In this document: in pieces, positions 1 to 11,169 of the stretch
Layout: each line of letters begins with the position of its first letter
Position numbering within the stretch: the first letter of the stretch is position 1
DNA from: Marsupella aquatica
Lineage: Eukaryota; Plantae; Marchantiophyta
Direction: 5' to 3'
NCBI GenBank assembly: GCA_973895155.1
Contig: OZ316893.1
Coordinates: 7,588,963 to 7,652,962, forward strand
DNA length: 64,000 bases
The notes under the pieces: generated by a model
Seen by the model: only the letters and a program-made list of their open reading frames with translations
Told to the model about the DNA's origin: nothing
The model's database searches: none
Program-made: the position numbers and the translations under genes

Positions 1-1296
1 ACCTATGCTAGTGCAATTGCAGCTGCCTCACAACTGGCATTACAGAATGCCATTGCAGCCCATGCTGCTACTCCTACTACTTCCCCTCCTACTCCAGTTC
101 CTACCACTGCGCCAGTTACTCCCACTATCTTGGCACAGGCTACATCAGGCATTTCTCTCACTATTGATTCTCCTGCCTTTGCTGATCCAGTGGCTGAGTT
201 TTTCCAGGTTCTTGAATTGGAATTCCCAATCAAGAGTGCTGACAAAATCATGCAGTTGGCTACCTTTGTGAGGCAGCGCGATGAAACATTAAAGATGATG
301 TATCACCGGCTTCTCAAGCTGAAAGAGGACACCCAAAGCATCACTGACCTGGAGGTTGCGCATTGCTATTGTTGTGCATTGGAGGGCACACCAGCTCTCC
401 ATTCGCAAGTGTTGCAGCAAGTATTCTCAGAGTTTGGAGATAGCTACACATTGCTCAATGTCTATGACACTACTGAGAAACTTGAGTTGGTCCATGCACA
501 TTATGAGGCCAGTATTGTGCGTCCACCGCGATCTAGGTACCAGGCTGCTGCCCCTACACTGGCCACCCCTTCCCATGTGCCATAATATGGTTCCAAGACC
601 AAGGCAGCACATGCTGCTTTCATGCTGCCATCTTGCAACTACTGTGGTAACCCCAATCACAAGGCTAATGAATGTGATATTGTTGTTGAGGATCTGTCTT
701 GTGATTTTTGCGGGAAAGTGGGTCACTTGGAAGCAGTTTGTTTTGCCAAATTCCGAGAGTGGAAGCAGCTATGACAATAGGCCACTCATCCTGCTCCTAT
801 TTCCACTCCCCCACCAGCTAGGAGGGCTCCTACTGCATCAGTTGCTCCTCCTTCCAGTGGCAAAGCACCCAGTGCCAACAAGTTGCCCAAGCAGCAACAG
901 AAGCAACCAGCTCAGAAGGAGGCTCACAATGCACAGGCAACTCAACTCCAGTCTCTAACTCATGAGGTTGAGTCCTTGCGTGCCCAACTTGCCAATATCA
1001 AAGGCAAGTCAATTGCCTCTGCTGGTCCTTCTCAACCGGCTGGTCACGTGCAACCCATCCCTGGCTCAGGCACCACTGACAGTTCAGCACCTCTACCCCG
1101 CTCTTTCTATGGCTTGTCATTTGATGCTCATATGGGTGAGTGTGTACTGTCCTCTGCTACACAGCCTGGCCTTACGGCAGAATTTTCAGATTCATTCTGC
1201 CCTTCCTATTTTGCTTACCAGCAGGCCAGTGCTGCTTCCTGTACTACTCCCACCCGTCGCATTAAACAGGCTGATGGCTTTGCGCTGGTCCTATGA
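1..1296 (+). pseudogene. gag-like ORF with two CCHC zinc knuckles, interrupted by premature stops
   Basis: Frame 1 is open from position 1. CNYCGNPNHKANEC at 634-675 and CDFCGKVGHLEAVC at 700-741 both fit CX2CX4HX4C. In-frame stops at 583 (TAA), 772 (TGA) and 778 (TAG). Confidence 0.85.
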
Positions 1297-2405
1297 CTAG
1301 AGCCAGGGGAGCTCGGGCTGTCATGCCCCAATCCTTTCAGCCACTCACACTTGCTGAAGAGCGCACCTTGTTGGCGAAGGGGGAGGGAGCTGCAGCTACA
1401 TCCATTCCACCACCAGTTGCTGCTAACATTTCACAGGGAGTTGTTTCTCCTGAGCTGCTTGAGCATTTCACCTCCGATGTGGCACAAAGGATTCTTACAA
1501 CTCCACTTTTCAGTTGCCATGATTTACAGCTGGATGCTAGAGCTATCATCAGAGCGCTAGAGGGCTCACTGCATTCTTCATCAGCCCCTGTGACACCGGT
1601 TTTGGAGGTCCAATCTCATGTACATACTGGACCTTCTTCTTCTCCATTACATGCTTCCACTGGTTTGGCTATCCCAGTACCAATTTCTAGTGGTAGCGAT
1701 GACAGTATTGTTACAGATTGTGTGACCAGAGCTACACTGGATTCTGGTCATGCTGCTCCATCTTTCCTGACTATGCTGTTGAGTGGAAAGACCGTGGATA
1801 CTAACTCCCTTCACAAGGTACCTCATCATCTGCCAAAAGTGGTGCCTAGCGACAGGACTTCAGTTTCCACCACCATTGCCATTGTTGACAACAGGAATTC
1901 AGCGGTCAAGTTGGAGGGTCACACTCCTCAGGTGGTCATGCTAGACACAGGCGCTCAACCAGTGATATTGGGCATTCAGTTTGCCAAGAAGATGGGACTG
2001 CTGACTGATCATTTATAGCAATCCAGGTGGCATATTCGGACTGCTAGTGGCACTGTGGAGGATGTGCTGGGTGAGAGTTCTACTTTACTCACTCTCACTT
2101 TTAATGGAGGTACAGATCAGGAACTGCATTTCCCAGTCAAATGTTTGGTTACCAATGCCACTATGTATGATGTGCTCATTGGCCAGGAGGCTTTGTTCCC
2201 ACCAGGTTTTACCATTGACAACTGGCATGAGCATGCATACTACAGAGTTGATTGGCATACTGATGGCTCACACTTGGGCTACATTCCACTTGATTTGCAT
2301 GGTGCCCATACACCTATGGCTCACCACTGTGTGTTGAAAGCAGTGCACACAACTACCTATGTCAACCACCCATTGCAGGATTGGATTGAGGAGGATGACG
2401 ATTAG
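1293..2405 (+). pseudogene. Retroviral-type aspartic protease region of pol
   Basis: VMLDTGAQPVILG with DTG at 1944-1952, flap IRTASG after the TAG at 2016, and C-terminal DVLIG at 2169-2183. Same frame as the downstream MTase. Confidence 0.85.
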
Positions 2406-2609
2406 GTGGCTGCTGCACATGCTGCTGCACGTATAGCAGCACTTTCCAGCAACGTGGATCATCAACCAGAGGTGGTACAACGGCTCCAAGCAGCCCATGG
2501 ACCTTTGGTGGCTGCATTGCGCAAGTTTGAAGACCTTGGGCAGCACAATGGACAGCCAATAGCCCCAATCTTGAGCGCACCAGTTACATGGACTCCTGCT
2601 CCAGATGGC

Positions 2610-3560
2610 CTTACATTGCTTGAGCTTTTTGGTGGCATTTTTACAGGCTTGGAAGCTCTCCTACAGTCCGGCATGGTGGTGAAGCAGTACATCTACGTGG
2701 ACATTGATCCAGGTGCAAGGCAAGTGGCTGAATCCCATTTGCTGGAATTTTCAGAACAATTTCCCTAGCAGTTTCCACACAATGCATGGAAGTCTGCATT
2801 TTCTTTCTTCCCTCCAGATATCCAGCTTGTCCAACACCGACACTTAACCCTTCTTGGTTCCCTTGATTTGATCATAGCTGGTTGGGAATGCCAAGGGTTT
2901 TCAGCTGCTGGTCATGGTGCTAGATTGCATGACTCTCGTTCTGGCCTTTTCACAGCATTGGTTCAGATTCTCACCTGGGCTCAATCCCTTTATCCTGCTG
3001 TTGGTTATATCATTGAGAATACTCCATCTCAGTTTGACCAGCGTCCACATGTCAAAGAGGATTTCAGTGTGGTCCAGCACTACTTGGGACCACCCCTTCT
3101 CATTGATGCAGTGCACTGTGGTTCTTATGCACATCATCTTCGTAACTTTTGGACTAACCTTGCACCACCTTCCTTGTTGGAGTTGGCTCTTCACCACACA
3201 TCCAGGGACACTAACCTCATAGTGGACCAGATTTTGGATCCTGACAGTTCTTGCCAACAAGTTATACGGCAAGAGCTAGCACCTTGGTATCCAGCCAATA
3301 CCATTGGACAGCCCCGTGCTGCTTGGCCTACATTTGTATCCTTTCCAGGTGCACATGCTTTTCAGGGTGATGGTCCTGGCCTGGTTTATCGACATTCTAC
3401 CGGTACATGGGATGAACCTAGTCCTAAGGAGAGAGAACGGGCTATGGGCTTCCAACCCGGTACTACAGGTCACACCAAAATCACCAGGTTGGCCAGGAAT
3501 GCTTTACTTGGCAGGGTAATGGATCTCAATGCTCTCACTTGGCTTCTGGTCACTTGCATC
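2610..3560 (+). pseudogene. DNMT3-like DNA (cytosine-5) methyltransferase domain embedded in pol
   Basis: Motifs in canonical order: I LTLLELFGGIFTGL (2610-), II YVDID (2694-), III DI (2817), IV DLIIAGWECQGFS (Cys at 2889), V SGLF, VI IIENT (3009-), VIII AHHLRNFWTNL (3129-), IX ERERAMGF (3429-), X RLARNALLGR (3486-). One internal TAG at 2766. Confidence 0.9.
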
Positions 3561-3954
3561 CTTTTTCAGATGTACATTCATTCAACATCTGGAGTTCCAG
3601 CCCTACCACTCCATGGTGTTGTTACATGGCATCCAGACCAGGTGCACTTACCTCTATTCAACACTCATCGCTTCAGTCCAAGTGTTGGGGGAGGAGGTCC
3701 CTTGTAATGTGGCTGACATTATTTCTGAGTTTCATGGTGTGGACCAACCCAGATCAGCAGGTACAACAGGCCTTGGAGAGGCCTCATCACCTTATCAGCA
3801 GCATGCTAGCAGCTTGGACAGTGGAGAGGCTAGCACTTCTGGTTCTTCAAGCATGAGTACATCAGGTCCTATACCTAGTGTTGCCAACTACACATTCATC
3901 ATGGGCAACCACCTGAGTAAAAGACAGAAGGACCGGACTGTAAAGACTGAATGA

Positions 3955-5330
3955 CGAGCTGGGCGGAGCTGATGGACTGTGTGCACTCAGGTCTGGGATT
4001 TCTTGGTTGTCGTTGCGGATTGATTCTGCTGCTGTGAACTACTGTCCTTTAACCTCCTACGTGGAGGTCTCGATTACTATCTTTGAAGCCAAACCTTGAC
4101 TCTTTAGGCACTCTAACGATGACGATCTAGAGCTTGCTTAGATTAGGGTCTGCCTTCATCTTTTGCTGTCCCATCAAGGTACTAGGGGTTTTGCGCAGAG
4201 GAAGTGCTTGGGGGTGACCGTAAGGATGGGCTCGTCAAGGAGGTGACTAATCAAGGCTTGCTTGCAACCGTGGACTTCTATCTGGACCAGAGCGAAAAGA
4301 CGTGTCTGGACTTACTTACGGGGAGCTGGTTGCGTGATTAGAGTAGTAGATGTGAAGCTTCGTAATCCTCTCGGACCTCGCGGGGCTTTCGAAGATCCTT
4401 TTCACTTGGAGTTTGAGCTGTGAAGGTGCCGGATAGATGCTCCATATCTGTGATTGGACAAACTATTGGGAACTCTGACTTAGCCGAATACTGCTATGCG
4501 AATAAGGAAAACGGGATCGAATGCATGGCACTGTTGACATTGCTGACGACGTGTGATTCCTAGGGTAGAATGCCCTTGCTTGACTCAACGTGGCTTAACT
4601 CTGCGGGGCAAGGTGAGCTTGCGTCTTCCTCTTTCTTTGCCTGATTCACAAATTTTCTTTATTCTTCTGAGCTTTGGAGCGAATCCCTTTCCGACGGCTG
4701 CCAATAGAAGATGCCTTTGGTCCTCTACGTTAATTCTTATTGTTCTACTTTCCGTTACCGGTGGGGTCCTGATTGTGAGGCTCTATGGCGGGGTACCGGG
4801 GGGAAATTACTGGTGGCGGCCGTGGTGACCTCATGAGATACCCATCCCTCAGGAGGGATGCGGAAGGTGGTGCTGGGCACTGGTCGAATTTGGGCTCCCG
4901 TGCTGCTGAGAAGGGGGCACAACATCTAGCAGCTGATACGAGGCACTCAGAACGGACTGATGTTACTTTCTCTCATCAGGATGTTAGATCTGATGGAATT
5001 CCTGAGGGGAGATTGAATAGCAATCAGGTGATTACTGCTTCCACTTCTGCGGAACGTACCTCTGGCACCAATGCGGACGGATTTTCACGTTGCCCTGCCC
5101 CTATTCCGGATGAGAACACGATAATGGACTCTCTGGAGGGACGGGGCAAGGCGGACTACGGGGAATACTTCCGCGAGGACATCGGCAAAAGGGATGAAGA
5201 AGATATGCTTATTGATCAATCGATCGATGCTACTCCACGTTTGAATGTCCCTGGCGCTCCTAACAGACCCTCTACGAGGGGACCTTTTGCATCTTCATAG
5301 ACCCCATTGTCTAGGAGACAAAGAATGTTT
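3955..5330 (+). other. Unassigned degenerate coding-like segment, probably TE-derived
   Basis: Long near-open frames broken by TGA/TAG, a Cys/His cluster (HC.HC...ECPC near 4525-4580), a possible GT-AG intron from ~4613 and the 171-aa ORF 4785-5300. No family recognised. Confidence 0.3.
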
Positions 5331-5433
5331 GCTTTCAATTAATTGCTATTAATTTTGCAATAAGTTTAATGAGTATGACTCGGATGTTCTGTCCCACATG
5401 TTGTACATTTTCTAGAAGTCTGCTACCTCAACT

Positions 5434-6960
5434 ATGCCTTGTGTTTCACAATGCCAGAATCAATTGACAACAATGAGGCATGAACTTCAACTTAATATTG
5501 CATTGGAGTCCTCGGACAATTCATCTGATGTAGACTCACTTGATCTATTAGTGGGGTATGTGGAGGCAAAGGATGTTGGCAATGTGTCCACTCTATCACT
5601 GTCAGACAATGACCTGCCTATGGATTCTAGTTTGGACTCAGAGGATTCTCAGGATGCACATGAGTTTGAAGAATTTAGTACTACTCCTACTTCCCTGTTT
5701 GAATTGCACTTTGTGATGCACAACATCAGGTTCTTTATTCCTAGACATGTCACCGGTAAGTTAGATGAGTTTGCTACCAAGTTCTTCCATAACTTGCCTG
5801 CCACATTGTTCAGGCAACTTACCAGGATGGACAAAGCACATTCTTTGGCTTAGTTGACAAAATAGAATCCCACCCCATATTTGAGAACCATTCTCATCAT
5901 ATCCAGGCCCCCGTCATTAGGTAGCTAGCAGTTTGTCTGGACAGACTAGGCCATGATGGTGATGGTAATGGGGCCTGTATCAACCACTTGATTCCAACTT
6001 GGGGAGTAAATTGTGGTAGCCTTGTCAATTTTAGCAAACAATGTTTGCTGGCTTTGGAGGCAATCATGCATGGCTGAAGAAATTGCTTGGCCAGACATCA
6101 ATGACAGAGTTCACATATCATAAGCATTTGCAGCACATAGCTTCCAAGGATGTGTAGGACTCATTAATTGATGGGTCACTTATGCCATTGACTCAACGGC
6201 CAAAGGAGCATGGAGAATGTTACTATGACAGGAAGGGTTGGTACTCCATCAACACTCAAGTTGTCTATGACCATAGGTGGAAAATCATTTTCATGTTCTC
6301 AGGTATGCATATTTCACTTACTATTCATATTTTAAACTGCACATTATTATTATTACTGCTCTTACTAGTACTTGAATTTGTGGCTGACCCAACATAAACT
6401 ATGAATTCTTTCAGGAATGCCTGGATCTTATGGTGACCTCACCAGCATTAGGAGGTCTCCCTTGTGGCATTATTGTAACCAGGTTGATAGGAATGTCTTG
6501 TTCCAAGAGGGCAGTAATTATTGGGTGACTTTGGCTACCTACAGGTATGCCCCCATTTAGTATGTTCCTTCAAGAGCCTGGCAGATATATCAAACAACAA
6601 AGAGGATTTCAACATCTGTGTTGCAAAATGTCGTGTCACCAATGAACAGTGTATTGGAGTTCTTAGATCTATCTCATTGGCATTCACTGAAAGAGGTGAG
6701 GGTTCAACTGAATAAAAAAAAGATTCAGTTTGGATGATTGGTTAGATGGATAGGCCTTTGTTGTAGACTGCACAATTATGTCATACGTAAGGACTACAAA
6801 TGGACTGAAGATGATCAAATGGAGGAAGTGGAGTCATTAGTACTGGACAGGGCAGACTCAATAGACAACGAGCATTAGCCAAGGAGTACCAGGCGACCAA
6901 CATCACAGGCAGGGAATGCCTTCCTAGTGCAAGTCGTGGACCATGCACTAGCATTGAATA
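5434..6960 (+). pseudogene. PIF/Harbinger (DDE_Tnp_4/HARBI1-like) transposase with one intron, frameshifts and stops
   Basis: Motifs FRQLTRMDK; LAVCLDRLG; FQGCVGLI..DGSLMPL; YYDRKGWYSINTQVV; intron ~6303-6414 (ag|gtatgc...ttcag); MPGSYGD; LLGDFGY; FNICVAKCRVTNEQCIGVLR; CRLHNY. Confidence 0.88.
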
Positions 6961-7109
6961 GAGCCCCAATATCAATGGAAACTGAGTAGGTTGTGTACTA
7001 GTAATGTTCAATGCCTGGTGGAGTGTAGTGAGCATATGTTTTATTTGGGCCATCCTCGTACTTTGCTTTTCATTTGTCTCAACTTTGATGAGAACGTTGA
7101 ATGTTTGTA

Positions 7110-8540
7110 TCAAAGTTGTTGGTTTCCATAGCAACTGATTGACTGACTAAAATCTTTAGTCCACAATGTGAGAGCAATAGAATGGAGAATCAAAAGCTTT
7201 GGCATGTTAGGAGGGGGGCAGCCGATGCATCCATGTGGGCTGCAATTCGAGGGTTCCCCACATGGCCATTGGGCCCCCATCTTTCCTTCTAGACAATTTT
7301 TGGTCATGTTGAGAATTTTGACCCCACATTTCATGTATGGTGTGCAAGTGTTGGAGGTCAAGAGCAAGCGAGCCCTCATGGGCATATAGGCTGTGCTTTT
7401 TGGGAGAGAGGAATGGTTGGAGGGATCGAAGCTCCGTATGGCGCATCTCCCAATCATCAAGATTGAGGATTTTGCAGAGGAAACGTCAAGCAACTTGACA
7501 CAGGTTGATGGGACGGGGAAGTGGATTCAAGAGAAAGTATGTTCTAAGGAAGGCGGAGAGGTACAAGGGTGTGAAGCAAAGATTTCTACCAACGGAAACA
7601 CGAAGGAGTGATTCACATGTTTGGTCGCCGTGTGCTTACTAAGGGTTTGTAGGTAGCATTTTGGAGGCAAGAAGAGCACTTCACATTCTGCAGCTACCAG
7701 GTCCCACTTACTTTCAATTGTAGCATTTCCCACTAGGCAAGAGGTACATTGTAGTGTGGGCCATTGGAATAGGCTAAGGCCATCGTTGAAACTCTCATAG
7801 GATATCATTTTTGGATGAGTTTTGCAAGTATGTTTGGTGTGTCATTTCATGGTGTCCATTATTGCATGCCTTGTTGAGAAGTATGCTCTTAGTTTCTGTA
7901 CAAAATAGAAAAGGGAAAAGTGATGAAGAATGGAAGCTTCAAATGATCGAGACTTAAATTATTGCAAAATATCTAGAAGCTTTGCAGAGCTTATAGTTAC
8001 AACAAGAAGATAGTTTGGCATTAGGAATACATGCTTCACTAATTGGAAACGCTAGAAGTGACAACAAAGTGCGGCCACAACAAGCTTTCTTGCTTCATTC
8101 TTGCAAGACCCAAACTATGGTTGCTTTTAGTCGGAGTGTTGATGCCAACGGTAGCCATCAATGAGCATGCCATCCCCCAAGTTGTCGTCGCTATCGTGTT
8201 GTCCCTTGCATGCTTCCTTCTCCCTTTCCGCCTTTTTTTCCCTCTCCTGTTTGGCTCTCCTAGCAACGCGTTGCTGCATTTTGAGCTTCAAACGATGAGT
8301 CCCTTCTGTCATGAGATGTAGTAGATTCCTCACAATTCTTCATGTTCTGAACTTGTTTCTTTTACACGACCTGATTGAATGGGTGTCACTTTGCAAGGTT
8401 GCACTTTAGGAGCATTTTCTTCTTGTTGTGTTGGCTCATCGTCATCGGTGAGGTCTATAACAATGGTTAGCTTTGAACGAGGCACAGGAGGAATTGGAGA
8501 CTTAGAATCTGCTTTTGCCTGACTTGTTTGAGGAGCCATT
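7110..8540 (-). pseudogene. Third, unassigned gene inside the Harbinger element (SIM-like motif, charged helix, Cys/His-rich C-terminus)
   Basis: ORFs 8330-8581 and 8127-8333, a probable intron at ~7900-8030, then ORFs 7527-7808 and 7110-7493 in the same frame, separated by one TGA. Confidence 0.4.
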
Positions 8541-9079
8541 GAGCGAAAGAAAAAGCAGGGTATGAGCACAAATTGACACAAAATCAGAATTTGCCAGTTT
8601 TGTCTACAAAGATTACTTGCTCAGTGGATTGCAAAATGGTAGTGTGTGCAATGGCTAGGCAGACTCTTTTTTTTCCCACATACTCGACCTTGGATTCCCT
8701 CCCATCCCATGAGTTTTCATACTTAGGCAGAGTAGCGTATCATGTGAGACTGGCTGTTGTGGGAATGTCACAGTCAATTGAACCTCGCACTTGGTCCTTG
8801 CCCTAGATCATTGACAAGACCTGTCCCCTACGTGTCTTGTGAAGTACCCTTACAAAACTTGTGAAGCCATTGAGAGGACTTCATTGTACATGAGTGAAAT
8901 ATAAGCTCTTGTACCATTTACAACATGTGCTGTAAATTTATTAAATGTCTGATTGAAGTAGGCATACACAAGAGATAAGTGGGACCTGTGCCACAACAGG
9001 TTCTAAATAACTCCATGTCAGAAATGGAATAATATGTCACACTACAACACAATTGAACATAATTGAACATTTAATTGTT

Positions 9080-10683
9080 ATGGGCCAACTGAGTCGGGGA
9101 TAGTGGTAGCCCCTTCATCGATAATAGCCTTGAATTCCCTAAACTGTTGCGGAGTTCAATTTTTCCTTACAAGCTCTGTCAACAATACTGTGGCTTGTTG
9201 TGCCATGATGATAATAGCCAGCTGGTGAGTCAAATCAACTCTAGCTCATGTCTCCTCTTGTTTGCGCTGAACACGTTCCCTTCTTGCCACTTCTATAGAT
9301 TGGGCATCAAGTAAAGCTTTCTTTCTAGTGGCATCTGCTTCTTTGGCCTCCTTTCGATCAGTGATTTCTTGGGCACGCCATCTGTCCTTGGCATCAATCA
9401 TTTGAATCCTAAAGCCATTCTTCCTGCTAATTTCTCAGCATACACCTCAACAAGATTGGGCCTTGACGAGGCTTGTGTGGTTGATGACCTCTTCCCCTAT
9501 CGGGGTCGTTGGGTACGGACCTTGTTCAACTGTCACAGTTGGATGAGCAGAGCTTGTGCCTTTGTTTCGTCCTTGTGTCTGTGTGGGTGCCGATGCTGGG
9601 GTGGATGCTGGAGTGGACGTTGGTTCCTTGAAAATAGGTTGAGTTGATGTAGGGGTGATTGGTGGTCACCTGGTGTGCCCAGGAAGGACTGATTCATCAA
9701 CCTTGTTGTTGAAGCTCGCAGGACGGTCAGAGTCATTGACCTTGTCATTGGATAGAGTTTGAGCAAACTCAAAATTTTCTTCACCTACTACATACAACTG
9801 AAAGGGAGGGCTAAATAAGTTGTGCTCCTACATAGCAAAAGTTGTAGGAATTGAGGAATTGAGGAATTTAAAGTTTGAACTTACGGAGTTTGTTATAATC
9901 GAGGTCATCATGAATTGCCACTTCAGATTGAGGCATCTTGTCATCCTCAGATCTTTTGTTAACATACAATTCACGGTGACCTGGCAGACCAACAACAATT
10001 GTGTTGGGAGGTGAAACATTCACTCTCTCCCCATAAATGGCATGCATCCGCTCAAAATGAGGGCAAATACTTATCGGCCAGAGTAAGACCCTGCCTCAAC
10101 TCTGCATTTGTCAATCTCGGGGGGGTCACTTCCATGGAAGTGGCATATCATGTGCGACGAAGTATAGGGCCATTTAAATGGTTTTGGCGGAAGACTTATT
10201 AAGTATTCTATGGAAATATAGGGTTGTTTAATTGCAAAATGCATACGTGTCATCACATGATTGGTGCTGTACAACTTTATAGAAAGTGACTTAGGGGGGT
10301 CATAAATGACCCAAACCGTCGCACGTGATGTATGACCCTTCATATAGTGACCCCCCCGAGTTGTCAATCCAGCACCAGAGTCTCGCTTTATCGCCAGTGC
10401 CTTCTTGTGTTTTTTGATGGATGAAATGATGAAACTGTTTGCCAAGGTTATCGCCTGTTGTCACAAATTTGGGGAACCCGCCGTCATGCACGTCGATGAG
10501 CATTTTTTTGAACACCATCTTCTTTGAAGGATGTTTATCGGTGACAGACGGGCGACTACTGGTCCCATTTAGTATGGCAAAGTTCTCAGGTACTTCCAAC
10601 CAATCAACAATGTGAGCGAGATGTTGTGGCAACAACTTCCGATTATCTCCGCCTGTGGCCATTGTTGAAACTGGAAACACCAT
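9080..10683 (-). pseudogene. Harbinger companion Myb/SANT-like DNA-binding protein
   Basis: N-terminal IVDWLEVPENF; GAGLTNAELRQGLTLADK after removing the MITE; CPHFERMHAIYGERVNV at ~10015-10065; charged coiled-coil-like C-terminus near 9100-9400. Confidence 0.7.
10116..10360. mobile_element. 245-bp MITE inserted in the Myb-like gene
   Basis: Perfect 15-bp TIR CTCGGGGGGGTCACT (10116-10130) / AGTGACCCCCCCGAG (10346-10360). Flanking duplication TTGTCAAT at 10108-10115 and 10361-10368. Confidence 0.92.
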
Positions 10684-11169
10684 GTCGACTTTGGTTTTCA
10701 GGAAGTTGAGAGTCCAGAATCACAACTTCAACAAGTGAATAGCTAGCGGGGTCAATTTGGATAATGGACAGGCTGATTGTTCAGCTTCAAAATATCCTCT
10801 CTAAACGTCATCTTTGCTAATATTGATCCTCAACAATTCTGATTCAATGAGATCCGCGCAATGAGCGAGGGAACTCAATTTTCAAAGTTGCAACAATTGG
10901 CAAATGCATTCATGGAGCTTCAAAACATTTGCGGCGTGTTCAAAGAGTTTAGCGAGGGAACTCGTCCCAAAATGTTGTTGTTCATTTGTTTGAGTTAACC
11001 ATGGTTAACTCAAAACCCATTGGCATTTTCACGGTGACCCGTCTCATGATTCACTACCCCAAAAAATGTTGGCCCGCATGAACCCTGTCGCGGTGGGCCT
11101 GACTGAATCTTGGGCCGCCCGTGTTTGAATTTTTTTTCATATGTGAGACACCCTACTAAGGTAAGCTTA

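Larger units (their letters stand above)
1..3954 (+). mobile_element. Decayed Ty3/Gypsy-like LTR retrotransposon internal region (gag - aspartic protease - C5 DNA methyltransferase), truncated before RT; 5' end lies outside the window
   Basis: Frame 1 gives a gag-like protein with two CCHC zinc knuckles. Frame 3 gives a retropepsin (LDTG...IRTASG...DVLIG) followed by C5-MTase motifs I-X. The final frame-1 segment (FIMGNHLSKRQKD) resembles the linker preceding Gypsy RT. No RT, RNase H, integrase or LTR was recognised, so the superfamily call is inferred. Confidence 0.85.
5330..11153. mobile_element. Decayed PIF/Harbinger DNA transposon
   Basis: Convergent Harbi1-like DDE transposase (+) and Myb/SANT-like gene (-). 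A GGGCC-rich subterminal-like region at 11030-11153 ends in ...GAGACACCC. The left end was not identified, so both boundaries are approximate. Confidence 0.75.

Noticed and set aside
1291-1296. ATGA overlap of the gag stop and a pol start, suggesting termination-reinitiation
   Set aside because: More simply explained by a 1-nt deletion near 1285 in a single gag-pol ORF plus ACG>ATG deamination. Intact copies are needed to decide.
2610-3560. Host DNMT3/DRM gene or bacterial restriction-modification contamination
   Set aside because: It is intronless, in frame with a retroviral protease and downstream of gag. It has no host regulatory domains and no partner endonuclease, and the flanks are plant TEs and genes.
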